In this document: positions 13,214 to 26,820 of the stretch, one piece after another
How positions within the stretch are numbered: the stretch's first letter is position 1
How the letters are laid out: each line of letters begins with the position of its first letter
Source of the DNA: Octopus sinensis
Taxonomy: Eukaryota
Reading direction: 5' to 3'
Length of the DNA stretch: 64,000 nucleotides
Assembly: GCF_006345805.1 (NCBI RefSeq)
Contig: NC_042999.1
Location: forward strand, 10,850,001 to 10,914,000
Notes under the pieces: model-generated
What the model saw: only the letters and a program-made list of their open reading frames with translations
The model's database searches: none
What the model was told of the DNA's origin: nothing
Position numbers and translations under genes: made by a program

Positions 13214-13590
13214 CTAGCAGTATCGCTTTGGTTTCTTTTCAACACTTTAGAATTTGAATTTTTGAAAAGTAAAATTTTTGCATTATGTAGCTTGTTATTC
13301 TCTTTGAGTGAACATTTTTCTGGTTGAAATACACTGAAAAATGGCGACACAGCAGTCAAAAAATCGTTAAAAAATAGGGATTTTCATAGAAAAAAAGCAC
13401 CTTTTTGATGTAAATAATTTTTGGTATTAACATGGTCCAATTTGAATTTTTTCTCCTACGGAAGGAAGAGCAAGCCTTCTTCTATCATACTCTCAATTTT
13501 GGTCAACTTGCACCGCAGGGTCTCGGAGGAGATAGTGTTAGTTGAAGGCTACCAAACCTGCCATACACAGACAACTTCAGCTATATATAT
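13214..13590 (-). mobile_element. Non-autonomous Helitron-like element
   Basis: Minus-strand 3' end GCGATACTGCTAG|T matches the terminus of the 55325-55726 element; the 5' end lies in (TA)n followed by GCTGAAGTTGTCTGTGT. Confidence 0.65.
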
Positions 13591-13699
13591 AATTTTTTGA
13601 CACCATTTTCTACTGAGAACTCCTAAAAAAGGCACACTAAAAACTGCTAGAATTTGCAAGTTTCAAGCTAGAGAATTCAAGCTTGCTCCAATTGATTCA

Positions 13700-14056
13700 G
13701 GAAATTTTTCTATGTATAGGCTCATATTTTGTTTTTCGAAAATCTCAAAAACTGAACGTGTTTTCATCCCATTTTGCTGTTGCATTTGCGCAAACATGCG
13801 CAGTCATGTGTAGAATCCAACATGTTGTGTGAACACAACTCAAGGCAATAGTGTATGACACCCACTCACTCGCAGAGAATGCACTGTTTCAAGCTTCTGT
13901 TATCGAGATAGAGACTTGAAACCTACTCTGGCCATAACTACACCACGCCTTCTATAGGTGTGTAAATTTTCAGCTCGATCCTAGCACGTCTAGTGCCATT
14001 GAATCCTTACCAAAGCCAAAGTGTGCAAGTTTTTTCCCCTCTTTTATATAGGTAGA
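13700..14056 (-). mobile_element. Second Helitron-like fragment (5' end)
   Basis: Minus-strand start A|TCTACCTATATAAAAG is a typical Helitron 5' TC end; the 3' end is not visible. Confidence 0.45.
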
Positions 14057-14407
14057 TGATACACAAGAGCAACTTGTCTTCAGCAGTAAACAAACCCCCA
14101 AATATGTTTTTGTTTGTTCAAATCTGTACAAATTGCCTACATGTTTCTCTAAAACCACTATACAAGGAAAACTGAGAAATCTTATAACATAGATGGGAAA
14201 CGAAATTGGTGATGACACTTATCATTTAGTAGACATTCAAACTGCTGATCGTCCGTTCAGTATTCATTGTGGCTTCAGGATCAGCTGAACTTTAAGGCCT
14301 GACACATGAAGACATTGCAACAGACTAATTGCTTGTAATATCAACCTTATATCTGAGAGGTTTTCATCCCATTGGCCAATTTTGAGACATGTACAGAGTT
14401 TAGCCCC

Positions 14408-14785
14408 AGGTTGTAGTAAGAAGCTTGCTTCCCAACCACATGGTTCTGGGTTCAGTCCCACTGCATGGCAGTTTGGCCAGGTGTCTTCTACTATAGTCTC
14501 AGGACAACCAAAGCCTTGAGAGTGGATTCGGTAGACAGAAACTGTATATATCTATGTGTGAGTGTCTTTGTGTCAGTATTTGTCCCCCCATCACTGCTTG
14601 ACAGCCAGTGTCGGTGTGCTTACATCCTAGTAACTTGGCAGTTCAGCAAAAGAGTCCAATAGAATAAGTACTAGGCTTACAAAAACTAAGTCCTGAGGTC
14701 GCTTTGTTTGACTATAAAAAAAGAAAAAACCTGCTCCAGCATGGCTGAAGTCAAATGACCAAAACAAGTAAAGGACTAAAAGGTA
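14408..14785 (+). mobile_element. SINE family A, diverged copy
   Basis: GGTTCAGTCCCACTGC B box and shared 3' half ending CTCCAGCATGGC...AAACAAGTAAA. Confidence 0.8.
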
Positions 14786-15361
14786 TCTTAGCCATGCTCA
14801 GTCTATCAGTTCGGGGGTATCTCGGACTATCAGCAATAGGACAACCAGGAAAATGTCCCAATAAGGATCTCACAAATGTAAGAAAGAACTGAAAAACAAC
14901 GGTCAGCTGAGATTATCAATGAATTTAGAAGAAATAGTCTCGGAAGGGGCTGGGATTTAAACCTACAAAAAATATATAAATAAATAAATAAAAGGAAGGG
15001 AGAGTACAAAGAATCAATTAATTAAATTTTTTTAGAAGATCTACAGAATACAGTGGGAGTGGGCCTCATTTTTAGTCATCTGGTGAAGACAATGTGCATA
15101 ATTCAAGTACATAGTTTTTATCAGAGATTTTTTTTTTATATCTATTTTAAACACCTCAATAAGGAAATTTACCTACTAATTGCATGGATAATATAAGCTC
15201 AGTTGATAGTTTTGCAACTCAGTATTTTACAAGATTCTACCAAATTGGTAGCAAATTGCTGCCCTAAAACAGCCAAACTATAGACAATCATAATCACCAT
15301 TATAGTTCCTCTATTAATATAACAATAATAATAATAATAATAAATAATAATAAATAATAAA

Positions 15362-15715
15362 TACTCTGATGCAGTACCAGGCAGTGACTCTCATGGCTTC
15401 CGATCGTAACTGATTGGAAATGTTATCATGTACATGTTTTATCTTGGTATGAAAGATGGCCTACAGCAAATATTCTGCTCAATACCACAGATTTGCCTGT
15501 CAGTTGCTTGACCATAACTACTTGAGCATGTATGTCCCTTAGTGGCTGATGATATGTGCATCTCTGATCATGAGCAGAAGTAGTGGGGGAGCATCATAAC
15601 CATATGTTGGGGTACTCTTATCAGATGGATAGTCATGAGGGCTCTATTGGGTTTCATATTATTTGTACCCTAGTGTCACTTTGATGGCAGACATTGCTCT
15701 CTTAATAATAATAAT
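15362..15715 (+). mobile_element. ~550-bp (AAT)n-flanked element, internally deleted
   Basis: Both ends match 26269-26820; about 200 bp of the middle is missing; (AAT)n on both sides. Confidence 0.8.
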
Positions 15716-15717
15716 AA

Positions 15718-16954
15718 TCATCATCATCATCATCATTTAGCGTCCGTTTTCCATGCTAGCATGGGTTGGACGGTTCTACTGGGGTCTGTGAAGCCAGAAG
15801 GCTTCATCAGGCCCAGTCAAATCTGGCAGTGTTTCTACGGCTGGATGCCCTTCCTAACGCCAACCACTCCGTGAGTGTAGTGGGTGCTTTTTACGTGCCA
15901 CCCGCACAGGTGCCAGACAGAGCTGGCAAACGGCCACGAACGGATGGTGCTTTTTATGTGCCACCGGCACAAGGGCCAGGCGAGGCTGGCAACGGACACG
16001 AAACAGGGCGGTGCTGGCAACGGTCGCGAAACGGAAGGTTCTCTTACATGCCACCGGCACTGGTAACACATCTGCAATTTCCATTGATCGATTTCCATTC
16101 TGATCCTCACTTGCCTCAACGGGTCTTCAAGTAGAGTATCGACATGCCACCGGCACTGGTAACACATCTGCAATTTCCATTGATCGATTTCGATTCTGAT
16201 CCTCACTTGCCTCAACAGGTCTTCACAAGTAGAGTTTTGTGTCCCAAGAAGGGAAGGTATGCATACATAGGCTGGCTCCATCCCAAGTAGAAGGCCACGG
16301 GTTATGGACTCACTTGTCCTGCCGGGTCTTCTCGCGCACAGCACACTTCCAGAAGACTCAGTCTCAAGTCATTTCCTCAGTGAGACCTAAAGTTTGAAGG
16401 TCGTGCTTCACCACCTCGTCCCAGGTTTTCCTGGGTCTGCCTCTTCCACAGGTTCCCTGAACCGCTAGGGTGTGGCACTTTTTCACACAACTATCTTCAT
16501 CCATTCTCGCCACATGACCATACCAGTGCAATCGTCTCTCTTGCACACCACAACTGATGCTTCTTAGGTCCAGCTTTTCTCTCAAGGTACTTACACTCTG
16601 TCGATTATGAACACTGACATTACACATCCATCGGAGCATACTGGCTTCATTTCTTGCGAGCTTACGCATATCCTCAGCAGTCACGGCCCATGTTTCACTG
16701 CCATGTAGCATGGCTGTTCGTACACACGCATCATACAGTCTGCCTTTCACTCTGTGCGAGAGGCCTTTTGTCACCAGCAGGGGTAAGAGCTCTCTGAACT
16801 TTGCCCAAGCTATTCTTACTCTAGCAGTTACACTTTCAGCACACCCGCCCCCGCTGCTGACTTGGTCACCTAGGTAACGGAAACTATCAACTATTTCTAG
16901 TTTTTCTCCCTGGAAAGTGACGGAAGTTGGTCTCAGAGCATTTTCAGTGTTTAT

Positions 16955-16955
<1 letters not shown>
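15718..16955 (-). mobile_element. Young 5'-truncated RTE LINE: ORF C-terminus plus 3' UTR
   Basis: ORF 16364-16774 (KGRLYDACVRTAMLHGSETW...RRLHWYGHVARM...GRGRPRKTW) followed by the repeat-bearing UTR and (ATG)n tail. Confidence 0.92.
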
Positions 16956-16996
<41 letters not shown>

Positions 16997-16997
<1 letters not shown>

Positions 16998-18135
16998 GCC
17001 CTGATGCAGTTCCAGGCAGTGGCTCTCAGGCTTTTGATCTTATCTGATTAGAAGTGTTATCATGTATGTTTTGCCTTGGTATGAAAAGATGAGCTACATC
17101 AAATATCCTGCTCAATACCACAGATTTGCTTGTCAAGTTGTTTGACCATAACCAGTTGAGCATGTCCCTGAGTGACTGATGATATGTGCATCTCTGATCA
17201 TGAGCAGAAGTAGTGGGGGTGCATTATAGCCATCATCACTTCCATGCTAGGATGGGTGGGATGGTTTGACAAGAGCCGGCCAAGCAGAAGCCTGCACCAG
17301 GCTTCTGTGACTGTCTTGGCAGGATTTTTACAACTGGATGCCCTTCCTAACACCAAGCACTCAGTAGTGTGGACTTAGTTCTTTTTTATGTGGCACAAGC
17401 ACAGGCAAGGTCAGTTTTGGCAAGGTTTTTACAGCTAGATGCCGTTCTGAACACCAACCTCTTCACAGTGTGGACTGGATGCTTTTAAACGGCACCTGCA
17501 CTGACAGGGTCACTAAGTACTTGCAAAATAAAAAAAAAAAGCCTTTCAAGAGGGGAGGGGGAATTAGAGGAGGTGATCTTGTGTTGCATGATGAAAGGTT
17601 ATAATGAGACAGAGAGATCAGGAACGAGGACAGAAACAGGTGTGCAACCACAAAGGAAATACATGGTTACCTAACCTGAGGGAAGTGCAGAAGGAGAGAG
17701 AGAGTGTGTATGAGACAGCAGGATAGAAATGGTGGCAAAATGATGGGCATATTCACAAGGGATGGGGATCAGAATATAAATGAGATGGTTGAGCAAAGGA
17801 AGAGAGAGAGAGATATGTGTTGAGAAATTCTTTGGGGTTTGAATAATTCACCTCTAGAAATATGGGCATTTCATTCATCATCCTTAAACAACCCTCATTC
17901 AGGGTCCTTTTGAGTGGGAGGGGCTACTCACCCTGAAGAAAATTCTAATTGAGCTCCACCTGCAAGGTCATTTGCTGTTTATCTTGATATGAGATCATCA
18001 ATTTGCGCACATATAGTTGTGATACATGTGCCTGGTGTACCCCTATCAGACAGGTAGTCATGATGGGTACATTGGGCTTCATATATTTGTACCCCAGTGT
18101 CACTTTGATGGCATGGACTGCTATCTCGTTCCATC
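16997..18135 (+). mobile_element. ~550-bp (AAT)n-flanked element split by a nested RTE-tail insertion (~17232-17815)
   Basis: Homology stops at CATTATAGCCAT (~17232) and resumes at ATGTGTTGAG (~17815). Confidence 0.8.
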
Positions 18136-18411
18136 ATAATAATAATCACTGTTTTAATGAACATTTTTTCATGCTTGTCTGGGACAAATGGAATTTCCTA
18201 TGGCCAGATACCCTTTCTGCTGCAAACTTTCGCCTGTTTCTAAGGTGAAATTTCCCTCTGGTAGGATATGTTTTAATGGGACATTAGAAATGACTGTTTG
18301 TATGATGGTAATCTCTTTTACAAATATTACATGATGTCAAGATAAGGAGACACACACACACACACATCCACATAAACACCACTTACACACAGATATATAT
18401 ATATATATATA

Positions 18412-18632
18412 TGAGCTGGCAGAATTGTTAGCATGCCGGGCGAAATGCTCAGCAGTATTTCGTCTGTTGCTACATTCTGAGTTCAAATTTCGCAGAGGTC
18501 GACTTTGCCTTTCATCCTTTCAGGGTCGATTAAATAAGTACCAGTTACGCACTGGCGTCGATATAATTGACTTAATCTGTCTGTCTCTCCTTGTCTCCTC
18601 TGTGTTTAGCCCCTTGTGGGTAGTAAAGAAAT
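18412..18632 (+). mobile_element. tRNA-derived SINE family B
   Basis: GAGCTGGCAGAATTGTTAGC...GAGTTCAAATT...TAGCCCCTTGTGGGTAGTAAAGAAATA; an inverted copy lies at 39556-39780. Confidence 0.8.
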
Positions 18633-20148
18633 AAATATATATACACACACACATATACAAAAAGCTTCTTTCAGTTTCTGTTGGCTAAATTCACTCATAG
18701 TGCTATCATAGTGGAAGCTATTTGCCCAAGGTGCCATGCAGTAGGACTGAACATGAAACCATTTTGCAATATTTTTAGTTTTGCCAACTGAGTAGAATAT
18801 GCTTTCATGACAAATTCTAATAAGATTGACCAAACAGCTGATGCAATCCTTCACAACATTTTCCAAAACATTTCAGTTGAGTTTACTGGAGTTATCTCCC
18901 TTGTTATTAAACTCTCTAGTGGGCGTATTTATCTCTCGAGAATTCTTTCAGTTGAAGTTTTCCAATTCATTGTATTACAAGAGACCCTACCATATTTGTA
19001 TGTATGATATGGATTGCATAACATATCCTTCCGTTTTTTGCAACAATTGAACATGGTGTCACAGAGACTTGGCCTTTATTTCAAGCAAGTTAAGCAACTC
19101 CACAGAAGCTTCATTGTCTTGTAAATAAATGTGTCTGATACAGTGCAGTTTCAATGACCAATCTGAAACCAGGGTCCATCAGTTGTTTACCAAGACCTTT
19201 TTTTAACTGATTCAAGTATAATGAGGACAAAGATTGTGGCATATGTGCATTTCCCTTCAATTATGTACAATGACAATAAACTTAACAGATAGAAATATTG
19301 AGAGATAAACTTAATAGAGCTGAACTGAAATGACACAGACTTTCCACTTCTAATGTAGACTTGTGTTAGATTTTTGTAGCTTATGGGCAAATGTCCCAGT
19401 TTCTTACACAAACAACTGAGTCAATCAGAGTTGCTTAAGGAACCAAACAGTTACATTTACTCCAAATGTTAACAGAGAACAACTCAGAGTCAGGTTTACT
19501 GCTGTTGTTTGGGTTTCTAAGTGATTCTTCTACAGCATAATCCTATGATTATTGCAATTTGGTTTTACAGCATTTATTTCAACCAAGAATGTTTGTGTTT
19601 GTTTGTCTCTTGTCTGTGTGTATGCATGTTAATCTTTACAACGAAACGGTTGACAGTGACTTTGAAGTTGTAGCTTGCCATCGGATAGTTTGGATAACAA
19701 TGAGCAAGCTGAGACTGCAAAGTCCGTCTCAACCTTTTCCTTGTAAAGATTAACGAATAAGTACTCGACCAAACAGTATCGAGTAATCCTTTGTGAAAAG
19801 CGCTCGTGCCAAGACTGTGTGATAGCACACATTGCCACTGTGTAAAGTGGTTGGCGTTAGGAAGGGCACCCAGCCACAGAGACATGGACCAAAGCAGACA
19901 TGGACCATGGGCAGCTGTTCAGCTGGCCAGCTCCTGTCAAACCATCCAGCCTATGCCAGCATGGGAAACAGTTGTTAAACAATGATGATGATGATGATAA
20001 TGGTAATTCTATATGTAACTTGAGACAGACAGACAGACACAAATTTAAGGAGCAGGAAAAGAGCCAAAGAGCATATTTCCACAAATGAATTACTTTCTGA
20101 AATATAACTCAAAGGCAGTTCTGATTAAGAAAAAAAAAAGTCTTTTAA

Positions 20149-20363
20149 CCCTTTAGTGTTTAAACCAGCCATATCCGGCCCAAATAATCTGTTTTCTGTT
20201 AAAACTGCCCTGATTTGGTATCTCACACCAACCTATAATGTCAATCTAAAAACAGGTGATAACATCATCGAAATCTTAAAGCTATGAAATAAGGCATGAT
20301 TAGCTTAAAACAATATGGATGAATAAATATTATATTTGACAGAATAATCTGAATGCTAAAGGG
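20149..20363. mobile_element. piggyBac-type MITE
   Basis: TTAA|CCCTTTAGTGTT ... AATGCTAAAGGG|TTAG: CCC/GGG terminal inverted repeats with a TTAA target site (right copy mutated). Confidence 0.75.
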
Positions 20364-20810
20364 TTAGATTCAAAGCCTAAGTCTCAAACTGACAAAGGTA
20401 ACGTATGCTGAGACAAGTGTCAGCACAGCTGTTGTACCATGAAATCTAAATTAGATTTATTTTTCTTTTCTTCCTTTTGTGGAAATACAAAGACATTATT
20501 TTACACCTTATTACCTGTGTTGTGAAGTGTATCAAAAGCACAGAAATTGAGAGAAAATAAAAGGAAAAAGAAATTACCCCAGCAAATCAATTCTAAATAC
20601 GTAAATAAAGCAAAATACCAATTGGATATCGGTGAAACATCAAACTCTAAAGGACTTACATTGCCATAGATATTCATTTAAATATCCCCATTATAAAACC
20701 TTCGGAAGGAATTTAATGAAAACTCACATTTTTATCTATTTTTTCTAAAACAGAATGAAATCCTTTAACAAAACTGCCATTAATTTAATAACTAATTTTT
20801 AAATACTGAT

Positions 20811-20900
20811 GAGGATTAAATATATCTGCAATGAGGTGGATTAAATATGTCTGCAATGAGGTGGATTAAATATATCTGCAATGAGGTGGATTAAATATAT
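20811..20900. repeat. 25-bp minisatellite, ~3.5 copies
   Basis: Unit ATCTGCAATGAGGTGGATTAAATAT. Confidence 0.85.
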
Positions 20901-20904
20901 ATAT

Positions 20905-21930
20905 ATGCAATGTGAGTGTATGTGGAAAAATTAGTCCAAAGGTATTGAGTTGGAAACTGTGTATAAGAGGAATCAGATGTTGCATTCAAGGAGATTGGTA
21001 TGAACCTTTAGTGTGCATAGATAAGGACAGCTGTATAAAGTGCTGATAACTATGTGACAGGAAATTGCAGAAGAGGGAGACCCTTGAAGAGAAGAGATGA
21101 AATGCTGAAGGCTGACCTCAGAACCCTGAGCCTCACAGAAAAGATAACTAAGGACCAGGATCTCTAACAACCTGACATTTTCAAAAGGACTCATCCTCCT
21201 CAGCAAAAATCAGTTCTGGAAGTGTGACATCTTGTGCTCTCCACCCATGACTCCACCACCTCATGCGTTATGCTTACCTTTTCTCTCCTGCTGGGTCCTA
21301 CAGACTACACAACCATGTCATCTCCTCCTCCCTGGTAACCGTATTGTCTTACTATCTCTGCTGCTTACGCTCCCCTCTCTTTTGCATCTCTGTTTTTTCC
21401 CCCAGCTCGTTGTTCTTGTACATCCACCTTTCAACCCCACAATTTTGACAGTCTTACCCCAATCCCTTCATTCTCCATACAAGCTTGCAAACCAACTGCC
21501 CACCTCTAATCAGTTTGTGCCTTGTGGGGTCACCTGGGCCTCTCACTGCCAGTATCTCTTGCACCACCTTCTCATTAGTTTTTTCTCTCTCCGCTTTCCC
21601 CTTTTAGATGTGAGTAGTCATGCAGATCCTGCATAAAAACCTGCTCTTTCTCATATAATCCCCTTGTGTCCTAGCATGGAGCTGTTCCCACCCACTCCCT
21701 GAGTCCTTAGTCCTGCAACCTGCCTGACAACCCCAATAGTCCAGGTGGCACAAAAGAAAAGCACCCAGCCCATGATGTAAAGTGATTGACATTAGGAAGA
21801 GCATCCAGCTGTAGAACCCTTGTGAAAGCAGACATTGGAGCCTGATGCAGTCCTTGCACACATCAAATCCTGTATAAACCATCCAACCAAAGCCAGCATG
21901 GAAAATGGATTTTTAATGATGATGACGATG
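20905..21930 (+). mobile_element. Old decayed RTE LINE 3' region with pyrimidine-rich UTR and tail
   Basis: Degenerate ORF end (GAAATTGCAGAAGAGGGAGACC, CTGAGCCTCACAGA) followed by the TTAGGAAGAGCATCCAGCTG tail; same layout as 1700-2735. Confidence 0.6.
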
Positions 21931-22656
21931 TGAATTAAAAACATCTGTAATGGTGTAGATGAAAGATATCTGCAACAGTGGAGATTGAAGATATTTGTGG
22001 AGGTCCAATAATATTTGACATGTATAAACAATATTCAGTATAAACCTTACATACCTTTTTTTATCTCTCTACAGTAGAAACTGTTCATATTTTGAAACAT
22101 ATGGTCTTAATAACTCAGCTGCTTCAATTAATTGCTTCACAAATTAAGTGTTTATTCTTCTTAAACATGCACATGTTGGAACCTTGTAACATGACGAAGG
22201 AAAACTCTTAAAACTCTTCCTTTAATGTGTAATAAAAACAATAACGTTAAATGATTTGCCCTCCGGTAATGTTCTTTGTTGGTGTAGATGGAGTTCTACG
22301 ACCAAAAAGGAAGAACCAATGCTCCTGTAGTAGTGTGACACAAATGACTTCACCATCAACCTCAAGATACCAGCTAGCTACCTAACCACATATCAATCAG
22401 GTGAACACAGAAGCCATTCTGAAAAGGGTCTGACAATTGGCTGGTATAATTCTATATCCATCCTTGGTGAAGAATGCTTACAGTTTTTAGCCACCAGCAA
22501 TACTTCCATGCAGGATGCAACGGCACAGGCATCCTGAGAATGGCAATTTCCCCCATCCACACTACACTTTATGTATCCCTACACATCTGCAGAAACAAAC
22601 CAGTGTTGTACTATTTTATTGTCATATGTGTGATTTCAATATATATATATATATAT

Positions 22657-23831
22657 CATCATCATCATTTAGCGTCCGCTTTCCATGCTAGCATGGGTTG
22701 GCCAGTTCAACTGGGGTCTGGGAAGCCAGAAGGCTGCACCAGGCCCAGTCTAATCTGGCAATGTTTCTATGGCTGGATGCCCTTCCTAACGCCAACCACT
22801 CTGTGAGTGTAGTGGGTGCTTTTTACGTGCCACCGGCACAGGTGCCAGACGAGGCTGGCAAACGGCCACGATCGGATGGTGCTTTTTACGTGCCACCGGC
22901 ACGGAGGCCAGGCGAGGCTGGCAATGACCACGAACGGATGGTGCTTTTTATGTGCCACTGGCACGAGGCCAGTTGGGGCGGCGCTGGCAACGGCCACGTT
23001 CGGATGGTTCTCTTACGTGCCACCGGCACTGGTATCACAGCTGCAATTTCCATTGATGTTGATCGATTTCGATTCTCACTTGCCTCAACAGGTCTTCACA
23101 AGCAGAGTTTTGTGCCACCAGAAGGAAAGGTATGCATAAGTGGACTGGCACATCCCGGGTTATGGTCTCACTTGTCCTGCCGGGTCTTCTCACGCACAGC
23201 ACACTTCCAAAGGTCTCGGTCTCAAGTCATTTCCTCAGTGAGACCTAAAGTTCGAAGGTCGTGCTTCAACACCTTGTCCCAGGTTTTCCTGGGTCTGCCT
23301 CTTCCACAGGTTCCCTCAACCGCTAGGGTATGGCACTTTTTCACACAACTATCTTTATTCATTCTTGCCACATGACCATACCAGCGCAATCGTCTCTCTT
23401 GCACACCACAACTGATGCTTCTTAGGTCCAACTTCTCTCTCAAGGTACTTATACTCTGTCGGGTATGAACACTGACACTACACATCGATCGGAGCATACT
23501 GGCTTCATTTCTTGCGAGCTTACGCATATCCTCAGCAGTCACAGCCCATGTTTCACTGCCATGTAGCATGGCTGTTCGTACACACGCGTCATACAGTCTG
23601 CCTTTTACTCTGAGCGAGAGGCCTTTTGTCACCAGCAGAGGTAAGAGCTCTCTGAACTTTGCCCAGGCTATTCTTATTCTAGCAGTTACACTTTCAGCAC
23701 ACTCGCCCCCACTACTGATTTGGTCACCTAGGTAACGGTAGCTATCAACTACTTCTAGTTTTTCTCCCTGGAATGTGGCAGAAGTTGGTCTCAGAGCATT
23801 TTCAGTGTTTATTGCTCCTGAGCATCTGCCA
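22657..23831 (-). mobile_element. Young 5'-truncated RTE LINE: ORF C-terminus plus 3' UTR
   Basis: ORF 23222-23632 is nearly identical to 16364-16774; repeat-bearing UTR and (ATG)n tail. Confidence 0.92.
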
Positions 23832-23833
23832 TA

Positions 23834-23876
<43 letters not shown>

Positions 23877-23930
23877 TAAATAAATATATATAAGTAAATA
23901 TTTAAGTGTGGGGTATGTTCCAAGTAGTAA

Positions 23931-24000
23931 GTCAAAGAAAGGTGCAGGATGAGTCAAAGAAAGGTGCAGGATGAGTCAAAGAAAGTTGCAGGATGAGTCA
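23931..24000. repeat. 22-bp tandem repeat x3
   Basis: Unit GTCAAAGAAAGGTGCAGGATGA. Confidence 0.85.
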
Positions 24001-24997
24001 GGAAAATGAAGAAACTGTTCCTTATTTATATACAGGTACAGAATGTCTACAAGTCTCCCAATGAAATGGAATGAAATGATATAAAATATTCATGTAATTC
24101 TGTTTCATTCTATTACATTTCAAAATTCCTCACAATAATTCTTCCAACTCTTCATGTTCTGAGTTCAAATCACACCAAGGTCAACTTATCCTTTCAGAGT
24201 CAATAAAATGAAATACCAGTCAAGTACCAGGGTAGATGCAATTGATTAACCCCCAACTCCTAAAATTGCTGACCTTTAGCCAAAATTTGAAATGTTATCA
24301 TCATTATTGTTATTAGTAGTAGTATTAGTAGTAATAATAATTGTTGGTGGTTGTTGCTGTTTCATGTTTTAAACCTGAAAATGTTTGAAAATAGTAATGT
24401 CCTAATACAAGCTCCTATTTTATGCTCTTCAGCAAAATAAGGAAAACCAATTTAAAATACTTGCAAAGCACATCTGGAAATAATGATAAAGAAGGGGGAT
24501 AAAAATAAAATTACATTCTTATTGAAGCACAGCAGAATGCAGCAAAACCCAAACAACACAAGAGAACACTTCTAGACATTTTTTCTAAAAATAGAGATTA
24601 CTTATGAATGTGAAAAATAGTGGATGAGTGAAAGAAACTGATAATATATTCATTTGTCAACTGAAAAGTGGAAGACTTTCATAATATAATTTTATAACTA
24701 ATTAACAATCTCTTGCATGATTCAATGAAAATTCATGATAAAAAGATACAAATTCCCACCATTATAATCGTTACTTTAATAGTTAAATTGCTAAAGCCTG
24801 CTTTCAATACACAACCGAGCTTAGTTATGTCTGATATCCTGCATTCTTCAAGAATCTCAAGAAAAGTTCTTGAGATATGAGGAGAATTGTTGTCACCAAA
24901 CCCCAAGATAACATCCCTGCTAAATTGTACAGTAATCCCTCGACTATCACAGGTGTTACGATAGGTGTTACGATAGGTGAAAATCCATGAAGTAGAT

Positions 24998-25573
24998 TTA
25001 CTCTTTTACTTGTTCCAGTCACTTGACTGCGGCCATGCTGGAGTACTTTCTTTAGTCAAACTAATCGACCCCAGAATTTATTCTTTGTAACCCTGGTACT
25101 TATTCTATTAGTCCATTTTGCCGAACCACTAAGTTACAGGGACGTAAACACACCAACATCAGTTGTCAAGTGATGACCATGGGAAAAACAGACACACACA
25201 CATATACATATGCTGGGCTTCTTTCGGTTTCCATCTACCAAATTCACTCACAAGGCTTTGGTCAGCCTGAGGCTATAGCAGAAGACACTTGTCCAAGGTG
25301 CCATGCAGTGGGACTGAACCCGGAAGCATGTGATTGGGGAGCATGCTTTTTACCACACAGCCACTCTTGCACCTCTTTTTTCTTTTACTTGTTTCAGTCA
25401 TTTGACTGCGGCCATGCTGGAGCACCGCCTTTAATCGAGCAACTCGATCCTGGGACTTATTCTTTTGTAAGCCCAGTACTAATTCCATCGGTCTCTTTTG
25501 CCAAACCGCTAAGTAACGGGGACGTAAACACACCAGCATCAGTTGTCAAGCAATGCTAGGGGGACAAACACAG

Positions 25574-25608
<35 letters not shown>

Positions 25609-25772
25609 CGACGGGCTTCTTTCAGTTTCCGTCTACCAAATCCACTCACAAGGCATTGGTCGGCCCGGGGCTATAGCAGAAGACACTTGCCCAAGGTGCC
25701 ACGCAGTGGGACTGAACCCGGAACCATGTGGTTTGTAAGCAAGCTACTTACCACACAGCCACCCCTGCGCCT
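24998..25772 (-). mobile_element. Two head-to-tail SINE family A copies (older 24998-25372, younger 25383-25772)
   Basis: Both align over their full length to the reverse complement of 34048-34437. Confidence 0.88.
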
Positions 25773-26268
25773 GTATATATTTATTATAAATGCAAAACAA
25801 CACTATGGAGGAACCGGCATGGCAAGGGATCATTGTAGTAACTATTGGAAAAATGATAATGATGTCTAATTTTGGCAGAAGGACAACAATTTCTGAAGGA
25901 AGAGGCTAATCGATACCATCACTTGAAAGGATGAAAAGCAAATTTGACCTCAGTGAGGTTTTGAACTCACAACATGAAGAGACGGGAGAAATGCCATGAA
26001 ACATTTAGTTCAATATGCTAACAATTCCACCAGCTTCATGATTCCAAATGTTGGCACAAGGCCAGCAATTTTAGGGGAGGAGTAAGTCAATTATATTGAT
26101 CCCAGTACTTAACTAATACTTTATTTCATAGACTCTGAAAAAATGAAAGGCAAAGTTGATTCTGGCAGGGTCTGAACTTAGAACTTAGAGAGCAGGAATA
26201 GACCCTGCAAAGCCTTTTCCCAATGCTCTAATGATACTGACAATTCACAATAATAAAAATAATAAAAA

Positions 26269-26820
26269 ATGCCCTGAAGCAGTATAAAGCAGTAGCTCTC
26301 ATGGCTTCTGATTGGAAGTGTTATCATGTACATGTTTTGTCTTGGTGTAGAAGATAGCCTACAGTAAATATTCTGCTCAATACCACAGATTTGCTTGTCA
26401 GTTGTTTGACCTTCACCAGCTGATCATGTCTCTTAGTGGCTGACAATATGTGCACCTCTGATCAAGAGTAGGAGTATTAGGGTAACATCATAACCATGTG
26501 CTGAGAGGAATTCTTTGGGGTTTGGAAAATTTACCTTTGGAAACATGGGTGTTTCATTCAACATCCTTAAACAAACCTTATTCAGGGACCTTTTGAACAG
26601 GATGAGCTATTTGGCCTGAAAAAACTCTAACTGGGTCCCACCTGTAAGGTCATGCACTGTTTATCTTGAAATGAGAGCACCATGTTACACACATAGTTGT
26701 GATGTATGTACCTGGTGTACCCTTATCAGATGAGTAGCCTTGAGGGGTATATTGGGCTTCATGTATGTGTACCAAGTGTCACTTTGATGGCATGCACTGC
26801 CCTCTCACTCAATAATAATA
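26269..26820 (+). mobile_element. ~550-bp (AAT)n-flanked element, full length
   Basis: TGCCCTGAAGCAGTA...CCTCTCACTCAATAATAATA. Confidence 0.85.

Noticed and set aside
22698-23375. 225-aa plus-strand ORF and similar 'CHRHRCQT' / 'FYVPPAQ' ORFs
   Set aside because: Antisense or UTR frames of the GC-rich RTE repeat; no protein-like motif, and not conserved in frame between copies.
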